64,000 nt of DNA from Pseudomonadota bacterium. GTDB lineage: Bacteria > Pseudomonadota > Alphaproteobacteria > RF32 > CAG-239. Shown here one piece after another: positions 10,743 to 19,867 of this stretch. Below the pieces are notes generated by a model. That model was not told where the DNA came from. It made no database searches and worked only from the letters and a program-made list of their open reading frames with translations. The stretch is taken from contig CAKJXZ020000010.1 in the NCBI GenBank assembly GCA_918234285.1, positions 49,196 to 113,195 on the forward strand, written 5' to 3'. A program made the translations under genes and the position numbers. The first letter of the stretch is position 1, and each line of letters starts with the position of its first letter.

Positions 10743-11141
10743 ATGTCTATGAGTGATCCTTTGGGCGATATGCTCACACGCATCAGAAACGCACAAAGAG
10801 CGAAAAAGAGTGACGTTGTATCACCTGCTTCTCGCTTGCGTGAAAGTGTGTTGGAAGTTTTGAAGCGCGAAGGCTACATTGAAGGCTTTGAAAAGAACAA
10901 TGTACGTCCGGGTGTTGATGAACTTCGTATTCAATTAAAGTACCATGAAGGTGCTGCAGTTATTACAAAAATTTACCGCGTTTCGACTCCGGGCCGTCGC
11001 GTTTATTCAAGCGTGAAGGATTTGCCGAGAGTTTACAACGGCTTGGGTATTTCCATCATTTCTACTCCGCAAGGTGTTATGAGTGATAATGAAGCCCGCA
11101 AGGCTAATGTTGGCGGCGAAGTTTTGTGCCAAGTGTTCTAA
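10743..11141 (+). CDS. rpsH: 30S ribosomal protein S8
   Basis: [13 protein letters not shown]...GGEVLCQVF. Confidence 0.99.
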   Translation: MSMSDPLGDMLTRIRNAQRAKKSDVVSPASRLRESVLEVLKREGYIEGFEKNNVRPGVDELRIQLKYHEGAAVITKIYRVSTPGRRVYSSVKDLPRVYNGLGISIISTPQGVMSDNEARKANVGGEVLCQVF

Positions 11142-11152
11142 GGAGGTAAGGA

Positions 11153-11689
11153 ATGTCAAGAGTTGGTAAATATCCAGTTGTTGTTCCTGCCGGTGTAGAA
11201 CTGAGCATCAATAACAATACGGTTGTGGCAAAAGGTAAGTTGGGCGAATTGTCCTATTCTTTTGATGACAGCCACGTTGCAACAAAATTTGAAGACGGTA
11301 AAGTGACGGTTTCACCGTTGTCTCAAAGTAATGCAGCCAGAGCTTTGTGGGGTACAACCCGCGCTCGCATTAATGAGATGATTAAAGGTGTAAGCGAAGG
11401 CTTTACAAAAGATATGGAATTGGTCGGCGTCGGTTATAAGGCGCGTGTTGAAGGTAAGAACCTGATTTTGTCTTTGGGTTTTTCGCATGAAGTTACTTTT
11501 CCGGCTCCGGAAGGTATTAAAATTTCCTGCGCATCTCCGACACAAATTTCAATCTTTGGTGCAGACAAACAAAAAGTTGGCCAAGTTGCGGCAGAAATTC
11601 GTAAATATAGAAAACCTGAACCGTATAAAGGTAAGGGCGTAAAATATACCAACGAATATGTACGTCGTAAAGAAGGCAAGAAGAAATAA
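11153..11689 (+). CDS. rplF: 50S ribosomal protein L6
   Basis: [13 protein letters not shown]. Confidence 0.99.
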   Translation: MSRVGKYPVVVPAGVELSINNNTVVAKGKLGELSYSFDDSHVATKFEDGKVTVSPLSQSNAARALWGTTRARINEMIKGVSEGFTKDMELVGVGYKARVEGKNLILSLGFSHEVTFPAPEGIKISCASPTQISIFGADKQKVGQVAAEIRKYRKPEPYKGKGVKYTNEYVRRKEGKKK

Positions 11690-11700
11690 GGAATAAGTCG

Positions 11701-12063
11701 ATGAATACACCAAAAAAATTGTTTGAAAGAAGACAAGCTCGTGTAAGATACGCTTTGAAAAACGCCGCCAACGGCAAATTAAGATTGTCGGTTTTCCGCA
11801 GCGGTAAGCATATCTATGCACAAATCATTGACGATGTAAAAGGTTTGACAGTTGCTTCTGCATCTACCTTGGATAAGGAAATCAGAGGACAAATTAAAAA
11901 ATCTTCTACGGTTGAAGCCGCTGGCTTCATTGGTAAAGTAATTGCTGAAAGAGCTACAAAATCCGGTATTTCCGAAGTGGTATTTGACCGCGGCGGTTAT
12001 ATCTATCACGGTCGGGTTAAGGCCTTGGCTGAAGCAGCTCGCGAAGCCGGTTTGAAATTCTAG
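11701..12063 (+). CDS. rplR: 50S ribosomal protein L18
   Basis: [28 protein letters not shown]. Confidence 0.99.
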   Translation: MNTPKKLFERRQARVRYALKNAANGKLRLSVFRSGKHIYAQIIDDVKGLTVASASTLDKEIRGQIKKSSTVEAAGFIGKVIAERATKSGISEVVFDRGGYIYHGRVKALAEAAREAGLKF

Positions 12064-12066
12064 GAG

Positions 12067-12633
12067 ATGAAGATGGTACAATCTACAGATCGTCATAACA
12101 AAAAAGAAGTGAAAGATGAGTTGGTCGAAAGACTGGTTCACGTTAACCGTGTAGCTAAAACCGTTAAAGGCGGACGCACCATGAGTTTCGCCGCGGTTGT
12201 GGTTGTGGGTGACCAAAAGGGTCGTATCGGTTTGGGTACCGGTAAGGCTGCGGAAGTTCCGGAAGCAATCACCAAGGCTACAAACGAAGCAAGAAAGAAT
12301 ATGATTCGTATTCCGTTGCGCGAAGGCAGAACTCTGCACCACGATATTTCCGGTCGTTTCGGCGCCGGTAAGGTGGTTTTGAGAACAGCTCCTGCCGGTA
12401 CCGGTGTTATTGCCGGCGGCCCGATGCGTGCTGTTTTTGAAGTTCTGGGTGTGCAAGATGTGGTTGCCAAATCATTGGGTTCCAATAACCCGTACAATAT
12501 GATTAAAGCAACTTTCGATGCTTTAAAGGGTATTAACTCACCGAGAATGGTTGCAGCTAAACGCGGCAAGAAAGTCGGTGATATTGTCAGCCGCCGTGAA
12601 GGTATGGCCAAAGACGTTAAAGAGGAGGCTTAA
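12067..12633 (+). CDS. rpsE: 30S ribosomal protein S5
   Basis: [12 protein letters not shown]...[11 protein letters not shown]. Confidence 0.99.
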   Translation: MKMVQSTDRHNKKEVKDELVERLVHVNRVAKTVKGGRTMSFAAVVVVGDQKGRIGLGTGKAAEVPEAITKATNEARKNMIRIPLREGRTLHHDISGRFGAGKVVLRTAPAGTGVIAGGPMRAVFEVLGVQDVVAKSLGSNNPYNMIKATFDALKGINSPRMVAAKRGKKVGDIVSRREGMAKDVKEEA

Positions 12634-12635
12634 TC

Positions 12636-12824
12636 ATGGCAACTAAAAAGAAGACAATAAAAGTTACCAGAACTGGTAGCACAATCGGACGCCCGACTTA
12701 TCAGGAAACTAACCTGAGAGGTTTGGGTTTAACCAAAACCGGTCGTACCGTTGAGTTGGAGGATACTCCTTCGGTTCGCGGAATGATTAAGAAGGTGGCC
12801 CACTTAGTCAAGGTTGAAGAATAA
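12636..12824 (+). CDS. rpmD: 50S ribosomal protein L30
   Basis: LRGLGL...[19 protein letters not shown]. Confidence 0.97.
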   Translation: MATKKKTIKVTRTGSTIGRPTYQETNLRGLGLTKTGRTVELEDTPSVRGMIKKVAHLVKVEE

Positions 12825-12827
12825 AAC

Positions 12828-12938
12828 TTGGGGAGAGTGCTAAGAGATTATCATACTTGCAAATTTCTTCCTTGTGTACCGTTTTGTACACGGCGTCAGA
12901 AATTAACTGCGTAGCATAGTCTCTTATCCCTCTCTTAA
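12828..12938. repeat. Long imperfect palindrome with GTAC-N6-GTAC apex (RPE/MITE-like)
   Basis: Arms TAAGAGATTAT/ATAGTCTCTTA and AATTTCT/AGAAATT; apex GTGTAC-cgtttt-GTACAC (12874-12891). Directly after the rpmD stop. Confidence 0.7.
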
Positions 12939-12985
12939 AAGATTTATTTTAAGACTTGCAGAGAATTTGAAAAAAGGTGAAAGAA

Positions 12986-13438
12986 ATGAAACTTAACGAA
13001 TTAAAAGACAACGAAGGCGCTACCAAAAATCGTAAACGCGTAGGTCGCGGTATCGGTTGCGGCAAGGGCAAGACTTGCGGCCTTGGTCACAAAGGTCAAA
13101 AGGCTCGTGCCGGTGGTGCTAAAATGGGATTTGAAGGCGGTCAAATGCCGCTGTATCGTCAGTTGCCGAAGCATGGTTTTAAAAATCCGTTTGCAAAGAC
13201 TTATGCCGTTGTAAACTTGGATACCATTCAAAAAGCTATTGACGGCGGCAAGTTGGATGCCAAGTCAATCAATGTTGAATCATTGCTCAGCTCTAACGTG
13301 ATTTCTAAGAAGCTGGACGGCATTCGTTTGCTCGCACGCGGTGCAGTGACCAGCAAGATTGAAATCACCGTTAATTCGGCTTCTAAAGCGGCTGTAGAGG
13401 CCGTTGAAAAAGCCGGCGGCAAAGTAAATCTCATCTAG
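12986..13438 (+). CDS. rplO: 50S ribosomal protein L15
   Basis: [21 protein letters not shown]...[13 protein letters not shown] 12986. Confidence 0.99.
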   Translation: MKLNELKDNEGATKNRKRVGRGIGCGKGKTCGLGHKGQKARAGGAKMGFEGGQMPLYRQLPKHGFKNPFAKTYAVVNLDTIQKAIDGGKLDAKSINVESLLSSNVISKKLDGIRLLARGAVTSKIEITVNSASKAAVEAVEKAGGKVNLI

Positions 13439-13550
13439 TTGGCAGCTAATACAAAAATTACGGGTCGGAAGTGTCCTCACGTACCTCTATGTACGCTCCG
13501 GTACTTCCGCCCTTATTTTTTATTATTTGCGCATACTATCTGAGATTTAC
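13424..13550. repeat. RPE-1-like palindromic element overlapping the rplO 3' end
   Basis: Arms GTAAATCTCA/TGAGATTTAC and CGGAAGT/ACTTCCG; apex CGTAC-ctctat-GTACG. Minus-strand core ACCGGAGCGTAC-N6-GTACGTGAGGA resembles the Rickettsia RPE-1 core as I recall it. Confidence 0.72.
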
Positions 13551-13561
13551 ATGGAGATATT

Positions 13562-13593
13562 AAAAGGGAGGTGCGATAAACACCTCCTTTTTT
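13562..13593 (+). terminator. Intrinsic terminator ending the S10-spc transcript
   Basis: AAAAGGGAGGTG-cgataaa-CACCTCCTTTTTT. Confidence 0.8.
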
Positions 13594-13650
13594 AATAACA
13601 TAATAAAGTAAAAAAACGGTCGGATATTCCGACAGTTTAAGATTTTATCG

Positions 13651-14439
13651 CTAACCGTTTTGTTTTTTATTGGCTTTTATTTGGGCTAAATTTCTGCCCG
13701 GCAACGCATCACGGCTGACCGTACGTTTTGGTGCTTTTGGTTTTTTAGGAAGCTGTTTATCTTGTTCCATATTTTCATCCGATGGTAATTCGGAAGAAAA
13801 AGTATAAGTTTCATATCCAAATTCAATTTTTTTACTGCCGTCATTATATATAGCTTGTTCATGTTTTGCTTCAGCATCTTTTGATGTAACGCTCCAAAAA
13901 CCATCTTTTTCAATATTTTTAAAGTCTCTGTCGAATTCTTCATATTCAAAATTCTGGGTTGTTTGTTCGTGCGCTTTTGGTTCTTTACGCAGTAATTCTT
14001 CTATTTTTTTATGATTGTCTGTATGATTGTCTTCGTTTGTTGAGCTTAAGAGTGAATCAATTTTTGCTTTAATAGCATTTCTTTCTGCTTGTTCTTCAGT
14101 GCTCATAACGAATTTTGTTTCCTCTTTACCCAGTCGGACGGTATTCGGCTTCTTTGAGCCTATTTCTTTATACTCAGGATTTGAATAAATCTCACTATGA
14201 GTCCACATATCGTGAGTTTTGTTCACCGAGGTCAGAACGGAATCCGGAGCACCTTCGGCGCCTTCTTTAAAAACAGAAATGCCTTGTGCACTCATATCTT
14301 TAACCACTTGCTCGGTTTTACTTTCTTTTTTCTTATTGCTGTCTTCTTCCAACCATTTGTTGATAAAATAGGCTCCGGCGCTGCTTAATACGACTGCGGT
14401 CGCAACACCGGCGCATAGTTGTTTCAGATTTTTGGCCAT
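13651..14439 (-). CDS. Hypothetical protein; N-terminal membrane anchor, charged body, basic C-tail
   Basis: 262-aa ORF, RBS AAGGAG, own TTGACA-17-TATTCT promoter. No family recognised. Confidence 0.75.
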   Translation of the reverse strand: MAKNLKQLCAGVATAVVLSSAGAYFINKWLEEDSNKKKESKTEQVVKDMSAQGISVFKEGAEGAPDSVLTSVNKTHDMWTHSEIYSNPEYKEIGSKKPNTVRLGKEETKFVMSTEEQAERNAIKAKIDSLLSSTNEDNHTDNHKKIEELLRKEPKAHEQTTQNFEYEEFDRDFKNIEKDGFWSVTSKDAEAKHEQAIYNDGSKKIEFGYETYTFSSELPSDENMEQDKQLPKKPKAPKRTVSRDALPGRNLAQIKANKKQNG

Positions 14440-14459
14440 GGCGATTCTCCTTTGTAAAA

Positions 14460-14487
14460 TACCTCTATTGATTAAAGAATAGAGGTA
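14460..14487. promoter_or_regulatory. Perfect 10-8-10 inverted repeat over the -10 box of the 262-aa orphan (candidate operator)
   Basis: TACCTCTATT-gattaaag-AATAGAGGTA. Confidence 0.5.
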
Positions 14488-14586
14488 AAAATAAGTTTTG
14501 TCAATATATTTTTACAGAGGTAATACAAGCGGATTTATACGCAATTAGCGAGCTGGCGCAGTGTAATTTCGGCGGTGTAGAATATA

Positions 14587-14697
14587 TAAAAATACGGATA
14601 ATGTGATAAATACGACGAAAGCCTTTTCTCGAGGTGTACAACAATGGTACATAAGAGAAAAGGCTTTCAGGTAGTTATCCGTTATACGGATTTTTTA
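14587..14697. repeat. Long palindrome with GTAC-N7-GTAC apex at the rpoA stop (RPE/MITE-like)
   Basis: GAAAGCCTTTTCTC/GAGAAAAGGCTTTC perfect arms; apex TGTAC-aacaatg-GTACA. Outer arms reach the rpoA stop codon. Confidence 0.68.
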
Positions 14698-15705
14698 GAA
14701 TTGATCTGAGGTACGTTTAATCAAATCCTCAATATTCTCCGGCGGCCAACCCGGTGTATCCATACCTAAGTGGATACCCATCTTAGCCAACACTTCTTTG
14801 ATTTCGTTCAAAGACTTACGACCGAAGTTCGGTGTACGCAACATTTCTGCTTCCGTCTTTTGAACCAAATCGCCGATGTAAACGATATTGTCATTTTTCA
14901 AGCAGTTAGCCGAACGAACAGAAAGTTCAAGCTCATCAACCTTACGCAACAGGTTCTTGTTGAACGGCAATTCCTCACGAATATCTTCAACTTCGCTTTC
15001 CGGTTCATCAAAGTTAATGAACGGCTTAAGCTGATCTTGCAGAATGCGAGCTGCCAAAGCAACCGCATCTTCCGGAGAAACAACACCATTTGTTTCAACA
15101 ATCATAGTCAGCTTATCGTAGTCCATAGCTTGATTAACGCGGGTGTTTTCAACCTTATAAGAAACTTTCTTAACCGGAGAATAAATCGCGTCAACATTAA
15201 TCAGACCGATAGGCGAATCGCTGGTCATGTTGGTAGAAGCCGGAACGTAGCCCTTACCGGTAGTAACGGTCAATTCCATATTGATTTTAGCACCGGCATC
15301 AAGCGTGCAGATAATGTGATCCGGATTCATGATTTCAACATCATGACCGGTTTCAATCATCGCTGCAGTGACAACGCACGGACCTTCAGCCTTTAATGTC
15401 AGTGTTTTAGCCGATTCGCTGTGAACGGCAACCGCTAATTCCTTAACATTCAATACGATATCGGTTACATCTTCCATTACGCCTGGAATAACCGAAAATT
15501 CATGTAATACGCCGTCTATTTTAATAGCGGAAACAGCGCCGCCCTGTAACGAGGACAACAAAACCCGACGCAAAGCATTACCGAGCGTCAGACCGAAGCC
15601 TCTTTCTAAAGGTTCAACCACAATTTTAGCTTTGTTTGTGCCTTCTGTTTGAGACACATCCAACTTTGTTGGTTTAATCAATTCTTGCCAATTCTTTTGA
15701 ATCAC
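14695..15705 (-). CDS. rpoA: RNA polymerase alpha subunit
   Basis: [22 protein letters not shown]...[11 protein letters not shown]...[15 protein letters not shown] start. Confidence 0.99.
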   Translation of the reverse strand: MIQKNWQELIKPTKLDVSQTEGTNKAKIVVEPLERGFGLTLGNALRRVLLSSLQGGAVSAIKIDGVLHEFSVIPGVMEDVTDIVLNVKELAVAVHSESAKTLTLKAEGPCVVTAAMIETGHDVEIMNPDHIICTLDAGAKINMELTVTTGKGYVPASTNMTSDSPIGLINVDAIYSPVKKVSYKVENTRVNQAMDYDKLTMIVETNGVVSPEDAVALAARILQDQLKPFINFDEPESEVEDIREELPFNKNLLRKVDELELSVRSANCLKNDNIVYIGDLVQKTEAEMLRTPNFGRKSLNEIKEVLAKMGIHLGMDTPGWPPENIEDLIKRTSDQF

Positions 15706-15793
15706 GGGTTTAATCCTTTTCTTTAGAAGTTATATATGCATATATTTTAAGCACGACGACAGGCCTGATTCGGCCTGTGTCGTAAAATAAAAA

Positions 15794-16189
15794 CTAGACG
15801 CGGCGTCTTTTTCTCAAACGGCAACCGTTGTGCGGAATAGGCGTTACATCGCGAATCGAAGTAATGGTAAAACCGATAACCTGCAATGCTCTGATTGCGG
15901 ATTCTCTGCCCGAACCCGGACCTTTTACTTCAACTTCCAATGTTTTCATGCCGTTTTCCTGAGCCTTTTTACCGGCTTCTTCGGCAGCTACCTGAGCAGC
16001 GTACGGAGTAGACTTTCTCGAACCTTTAAAACCCTGAGCGCCGGCTGTTGACCAAGAAACGGTATTGCCTTGAGCATCAGCGATGGTAACTCTTGTATTG
16101 TTAAAAGAAGAATCGATGTGAGCCACACCCGAAGTAATATTCTTTTTTTCTTTCTTTTTTCTTTGAATTGTTGCTTTAGCCATTTGCAC
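15794..16189 (-). CDS. rpsK: 30S ribosomal protein S11
   Basis: [14 protein letters not shown]...[11 protein letters not shown]. Start may be ATG 16183. Confidence 0.99.
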   Translation of the reverse strand: MQMAKATIQRKKKEKKNITSGVAHIDSSFNNTRVTIADAQGNTVSWSTAGAQGFKGSRKSTPYAAQVAAEEAGKKAQENGMKTLEVEVKGPGSGRESAIRALQVIGFTITSIRDVTPIPHNGCRLRKRRRV

Positions 16190-16197
16190 TCACCCCA

Positions 16198-16566
16198 CTA
16201 TTTCTTCTTGTTCGCAATGGTTTTACGTTTACCTTTACGGGTACGAGCATTTTGTTTGGTGCTCTGACCGCGTACCGGCAGACCTTTACGATGTCTTAAA
16301 CCACGATAGCAACCCAAATCCATCAATCTCTTGATGTTGGTACCGACTTCACGGCGAAGTTCACCTTCAACCAGATAATCGCTATCGATAACTTCACGAA
16401 TCTTCATTACTTCATCATCGGATAAATCGTTAACGCGACGGTTAAGATCGATTCCGGACTTAGAGCAAATGTCTTGAGCAGACTTGCGTCCAATGCCGAA
16501 GATATAAGTCAGTGCGACTTCAATTCTCTTGGCACTTGGAATATTTACACCAGCTATACGAGCCAA
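16198..16566 (-). CDS. rpsM: 30S ribosomal protein S13
   Basis: ARIAGVNIP...[18 protein letters not shown] start. Confidence 0.99.
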   Translation of the reverse strand: MARIAGVNIPSAKRIEVALTYIFGIGRKSAQDICSKSGIDLNRRVNDLSDDEVMKIREVIDSDYLVEGELRREVGTNIKRLMDLGCYRGLRHRKGLPVRGQSTKQNARTRKGKRKTIANKKK

Positions 16567-16635
16567 ATTTAATCTCCATTATTTAATAAATTAAAACATT
16601 CAAAAAGTTGATCACCACTTTTCAAAATTAAGCGG

Positions 16636-16664
16636 ATTATAGGCACGATATTTATCAGAGTCAA
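16636..16664 (-). promoter_or_regulatory. Sigma70 promoter of the alpha operon
   Basis: TTGACT-17-TATAAT. Confidence 0.8.
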
Positions 16665-16749
16665 CACCTTTTTGTAAAAAAATTGAATTTTTTTTGCGAT
16701 TTTAACGATTTTTTAAAAAACACCGCGAAAAACGCCGGTTTTAGGGCAA

Positions 16750-17430
16750 TTACCTATCGTCTTCCAAACCGAGTACGTCGCTTATTTTGCGGCTGACTGC
16801 ATCGATAGTGCCGGTACCGTCTACTGTTTTGAGCAAACCACGCTTTTCAAAAAAAGGAATAGTCGGGTAAGTAAGCAAACGATAGTTAATTAGGCGATTC
16901 TGCACGGTTGTACGGTTATCATCTTTACGGCGAGCGAATTCCGTGCCGCCGCAAACGTCGCAAACTCCGTAAATTTGCGGTTTTTGAAACTTATCGTGAT
17001 AGCCGGCGCCGCATTTCATGCAGGCATAACGCCCTAAAATACGTTCCATGATGATTTCATCCGGTACTTGAATTTCTAAAACCGCCGACAGCTTAATATT
17101 CTGTTCGGCCACCAAATCTTCCAAAACCTCGGCTTGCGGCAGAGTACGCGGAAAACCGTCCAAAATAAAGCCGTGTGCGCAGTCCGGCTCGGATATGCGG
17201 CTTTTTACCATTTCGATAATCATTTCGTCATTAGCAAATTCACCGCGCTCAAGTGTTGCTTTCAGTTCACGTCCGAGCGGCGTATCTTTTTCGGCAAACT
17301 GGCGCAGCATTTCGCCGGTAGATAAGTGCGCAATATGAGTCTTTTCTTTTAAAATACGAGCCTGTGTACCTTTGCCGCAACCGGGAGCACCGGTAAATAC
17401 AACAAACAGACCTTCTTTGGCGTGCGTCAT
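16750..17430 (-). CDS. adk: Adenylate kinase with Zn-binding lid
   Basis: GAPGCGKGTQ, GFILDGFPRT, CMKC...CDVC lid. Confidence 0.98.
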   Translation of the reverse strand: MTHAKEGLFVVFTGAPGCGKGTQARILKEKTHIAHLSTGEMLRQFAEKDTPLGRELKATLERGEFANDEMIIEMVKSRISEPDCAHGFILDGFPRTLPQAEVLEDLVAEQNIKLSAVLEIQVPDEIIMERILGRYACMKCGAGYHDKFQKPQIYGVCDVCGGTEFARRKDDNRTTVQNRLINYRLLTYPTIPFFEKRGLLKTVDGTGTIDAVSRKISDVLGLEDDR

Positions 17431-17433
17431 CGT

Positions 17434-18783
17434 TTAACGGTTCTTCTTACTGATTAATGCCGCCTTTTTGAGCAAACCTTCGTATTGGTAGGCAATTAAG
17501 TGCGATTGAACCTGATTTACGAAATCCATGGTAACCTGGACCACGATAAGCAGGGTAGTGCCGCCCAAAACAAACGGAACACCGACTCGGCTGATTAAAA
17601 TTTCCGGCAAAATGCAGAGGCAGACCAAATAAACGGAAGCTACCATCGTCAGACGCGTAATTACGTAGTCGAGATATTCTGCGGTATTTTTACCCGGACG
17701 AATACCTGCGATAAAGCCACCGTGTTTCTTCAGGTTTTCAGCGGTTTCTTCCGGATTAAATACCACGCCGGTGTAGAAAAACGTAAAGAACAGGATTAAG
17801 AAGGCATATAAAGCCAAATACAACGGCTGACCATGACCGAGTAACTGGCTCAAAGTTTGTACCCAACCCGGACCTTGTTCGGCCGAAAGATTGGCTATCG
17901 TAATCGGCAACAACAGCAAAGAGCTGGCAAAAATCGGCGGAATAACACCGGTCGGGTTAATTTTCAGCGGCAAGTGCGAACTGTCGGCTGCAGTTATGCG
18001 CATCCCCATTTGGCGCTTCGGATATTGAATCACGATACGACGTTGTGCGCGCTCAACAAACACGATGACATAGATAAGAGCTAAAGCCATAATCAGCAGC
18101 ATAATGATGGTGCCGAAAGACATTTGACCGGCACGACCTAATTCAAAAGTCTGCGCTAAAGCGTTCGGAATGTTGGCAATAATACCTACCGTAATGATAA
18201 GTGACGAACCGTTGCCGACGCCGCGCTGGGTGATTTGATCACCGAGCCAAACGATAAACATGGTGCCGCCAACCAAAGATACGATGGTCGAAAACTTAAA
18301 TGCAAAGCTAGGAATCAATACAGCGGAAGCACCGTTGGCACCGGAAATGCTCAGCAAACCGACGGCAATACCGTAACCTTGAATAATCGTAATCAAAACC
18401 GTCAGCATCTTGGTGTAGTGTACGATTTTGCGGTGTCCGGCTTCACCTTCTTTTTTGAGAGCTTGCAAAGACGGAATAACCGACTGTCCGAGCTGAATGA
18501 TAATGGATGCGGAAATGTAAGGCATAATGTTGAGGGCAAAAATCGTCATACGCTCCAACGCACCGCCGGAAAACATATTGAACATACCTAAAATACCACC
18601 CGAGTTACGGCTGAACATTTCAGCCAAAACGCCGGCATTAATACCCGGAAGCGGGATAAACGTTCCCAAACGGAACACGATTAATGCCATAACGGTAAAC
18701 CATAATCTTTTCTTAAGTTCTTCAGCCTTACCAAAGGCAGACATATCTAAGCCTGCTGCCATTTTTTCTGCTAACGAAGCCAT
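17434..18783 (-). CDS. secY: Preprotein translocase SecY
   Basis: IFALNIMPYISASII...GVIPPIFASS...GIRPG. ATG 18783 has RBS AAGGA. Confidence 0.99.
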   Translation of the reverse strand: MASLAEKMAAGLDMSAFGKAEELKKRLWFTVMALIVFRLGTFIPLPGINAGVLAEMFSRNSGGILGMFNMFSGGALERMTIFALNIMPYISASIIIQLGQSVIPSLQALKKEGEAGHRKIVHYTKMLTVLITIIQGYGIAVGLLSISGANGASAVLIPSFAFKFSTIVSLVGGTMFIVWLGDQITQRGVGNGSSLIITVGIIANIPNALAQTFELGRAGQMSFGTIIMLLIMALALIYVIVFVERAQRRIVIQYPKRQMGMRITAADSSHLPLKINPTGVIPPIFASSLLLLPITIANLSAEQGPGWVQTLSQLLGHGQPLYLALYAFLILFFTFFYTGVVFNPEETAENLKKHGGFIAGIRPGKNTAEYLDYVITRLTMVASVYLVCLCILPEILISRVGVPFVLGGTTLLIVVQVTMDFVNQVQSHLIAYQYEGLLKKAALISKKNR

Positions 18784-19012
18784 TTTATCATCCTTTAAAA
18801 AATTTAAAACCAAATAAGGGGCACTTTTTGCCCATTGCCGATAATTTAATACATAAAAATAAAATTAATGCAACAAAAATTTGTTTATCCTCAATATTTT
18901 GTTGATGACAAGCGAATCGGCATGATTAAAAGAGGATTTTTGTTATGTGTGGCAATTATTCCCGTTCATCGGGGTTGCGTTTTTTGAACACGGTAAATTC
19001 GGCTTTAAAGTT

Positions 19013-19747
19013 TTATTTAATTTCTTGAGTATATTTCTTTTTAATTATTTTTACGATGTCATTGACCTCAACGGACTTTGTATCGTCGGTTGTTTTTTGC
19101 TTTTGCATCTTAGCTATACGATTTTTGACCATTTCAAAAGTTTGCGGTTGCATACTCTTTTCATCGATTTTTTGGCGGCTGCGGGTTTTTTGAGTTGTTT
19201 GAACGGAAACACCGCCTTTGCTTAAAGAGGCGAGTTGTTTTTCTTTTTGGGCGTTTTCGTATTCGGTTGAAGCGCTGACGGCATAACCGATGGCGCAAGC
19301 CGCATAAGAACAAGCCAGATAAGCGGGTAGTCCGGTTGCCGCGGCGGAAACCGCCAAACCGCCGGTTAAAGCCGCAAAACCGGACGACAGTAGAATCTCA
19401 AATTTTTTCTTTTTAGGGAGTTCGCGCCATTTATCGCGGAATTTTGTTTTTCCCGAATCGGTTAAATCTTTTAATGCGGCCAAAGATGCTTTAGGATTTC
19501 TGTTAAGTTCGGAATTGAGTTTGGCTGATGAGTGGCTGGAAAGGGCTGCCATTGACATACCCAAAAAGCCGATGAGAGGACCGCCGCAATATTGCGCAAC
19601 TAAGGCAGACGGTGCTAGTGCCGGCGCCACGGCCGCAACCAACCCGCCGACGGTCATACCGCCCCACAACAGGGCATTTGCTCCCCAAAAGGCAACGCTT
19701 CGTTTATCTTCGGTGGAAAATTTTTTCCAGTTATCCTTAAAACTCAA
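19013..19747 (-). CDS. Hypothetical membrane protein with two hydrophobic hairpins and a basic C-tail
   Basis: 244-aa ORF, TTG start with GAGGAG, promoter TTGACA-17-TAGGAT. Internal repeat FKDNWKKF/FRDKWREL, each followed by two hydrophobic helices. Confidence 0.75.
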   Translation of the reverse strand: MSFKDNWKKFSTEDKRSVAFWGANALLWGGMTVGGLVAAVAPALAPSALVAQYCGGPLIGFLGMSMAALSSHSSAKLNSELNRNPKASLAALKDLTDSGKTKFRDKWRELPKKKKFEILLSSGFAALTGGLAVSAAATGLPAYLACSYAACAIGYAVSASTEYENAQKEKQLASLSKGGVSVQTTQKTRSRQKIDEKSMQPQTFEMVKNRIAKMQKQKTTDDTKSVEVNDIVKIIKKKYTQEIK

Positions 19748-19831
19748 TACTTAGCTCCTCGTCCACATAATCATTAATCGAACGTATCCTACACCTTTTT
19801 GCGGGTTTTGTCAATCGCTTTTATTTGCAAT

Positions 19832-19860
19832 AAAAAACCCCGACCGAAGTCAGGGCTTTA
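19832..19860 (-). terminator. alaS intrinsic terminator
   Basis: Minus strand AAAGCCCTGAC-ttcg-GTCGGGGTTTTTT. Confidence 0.75.
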
Positions 19861-19867
19861 TTTGTTT

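Noticed and set aside
14695-16750. Absence of rpsD, rpmJ and infA from the alpha/secY region as an anomaly
   Set aside because: Normal for Alphaproteobacteria. Only the missing rplQ is unusual.
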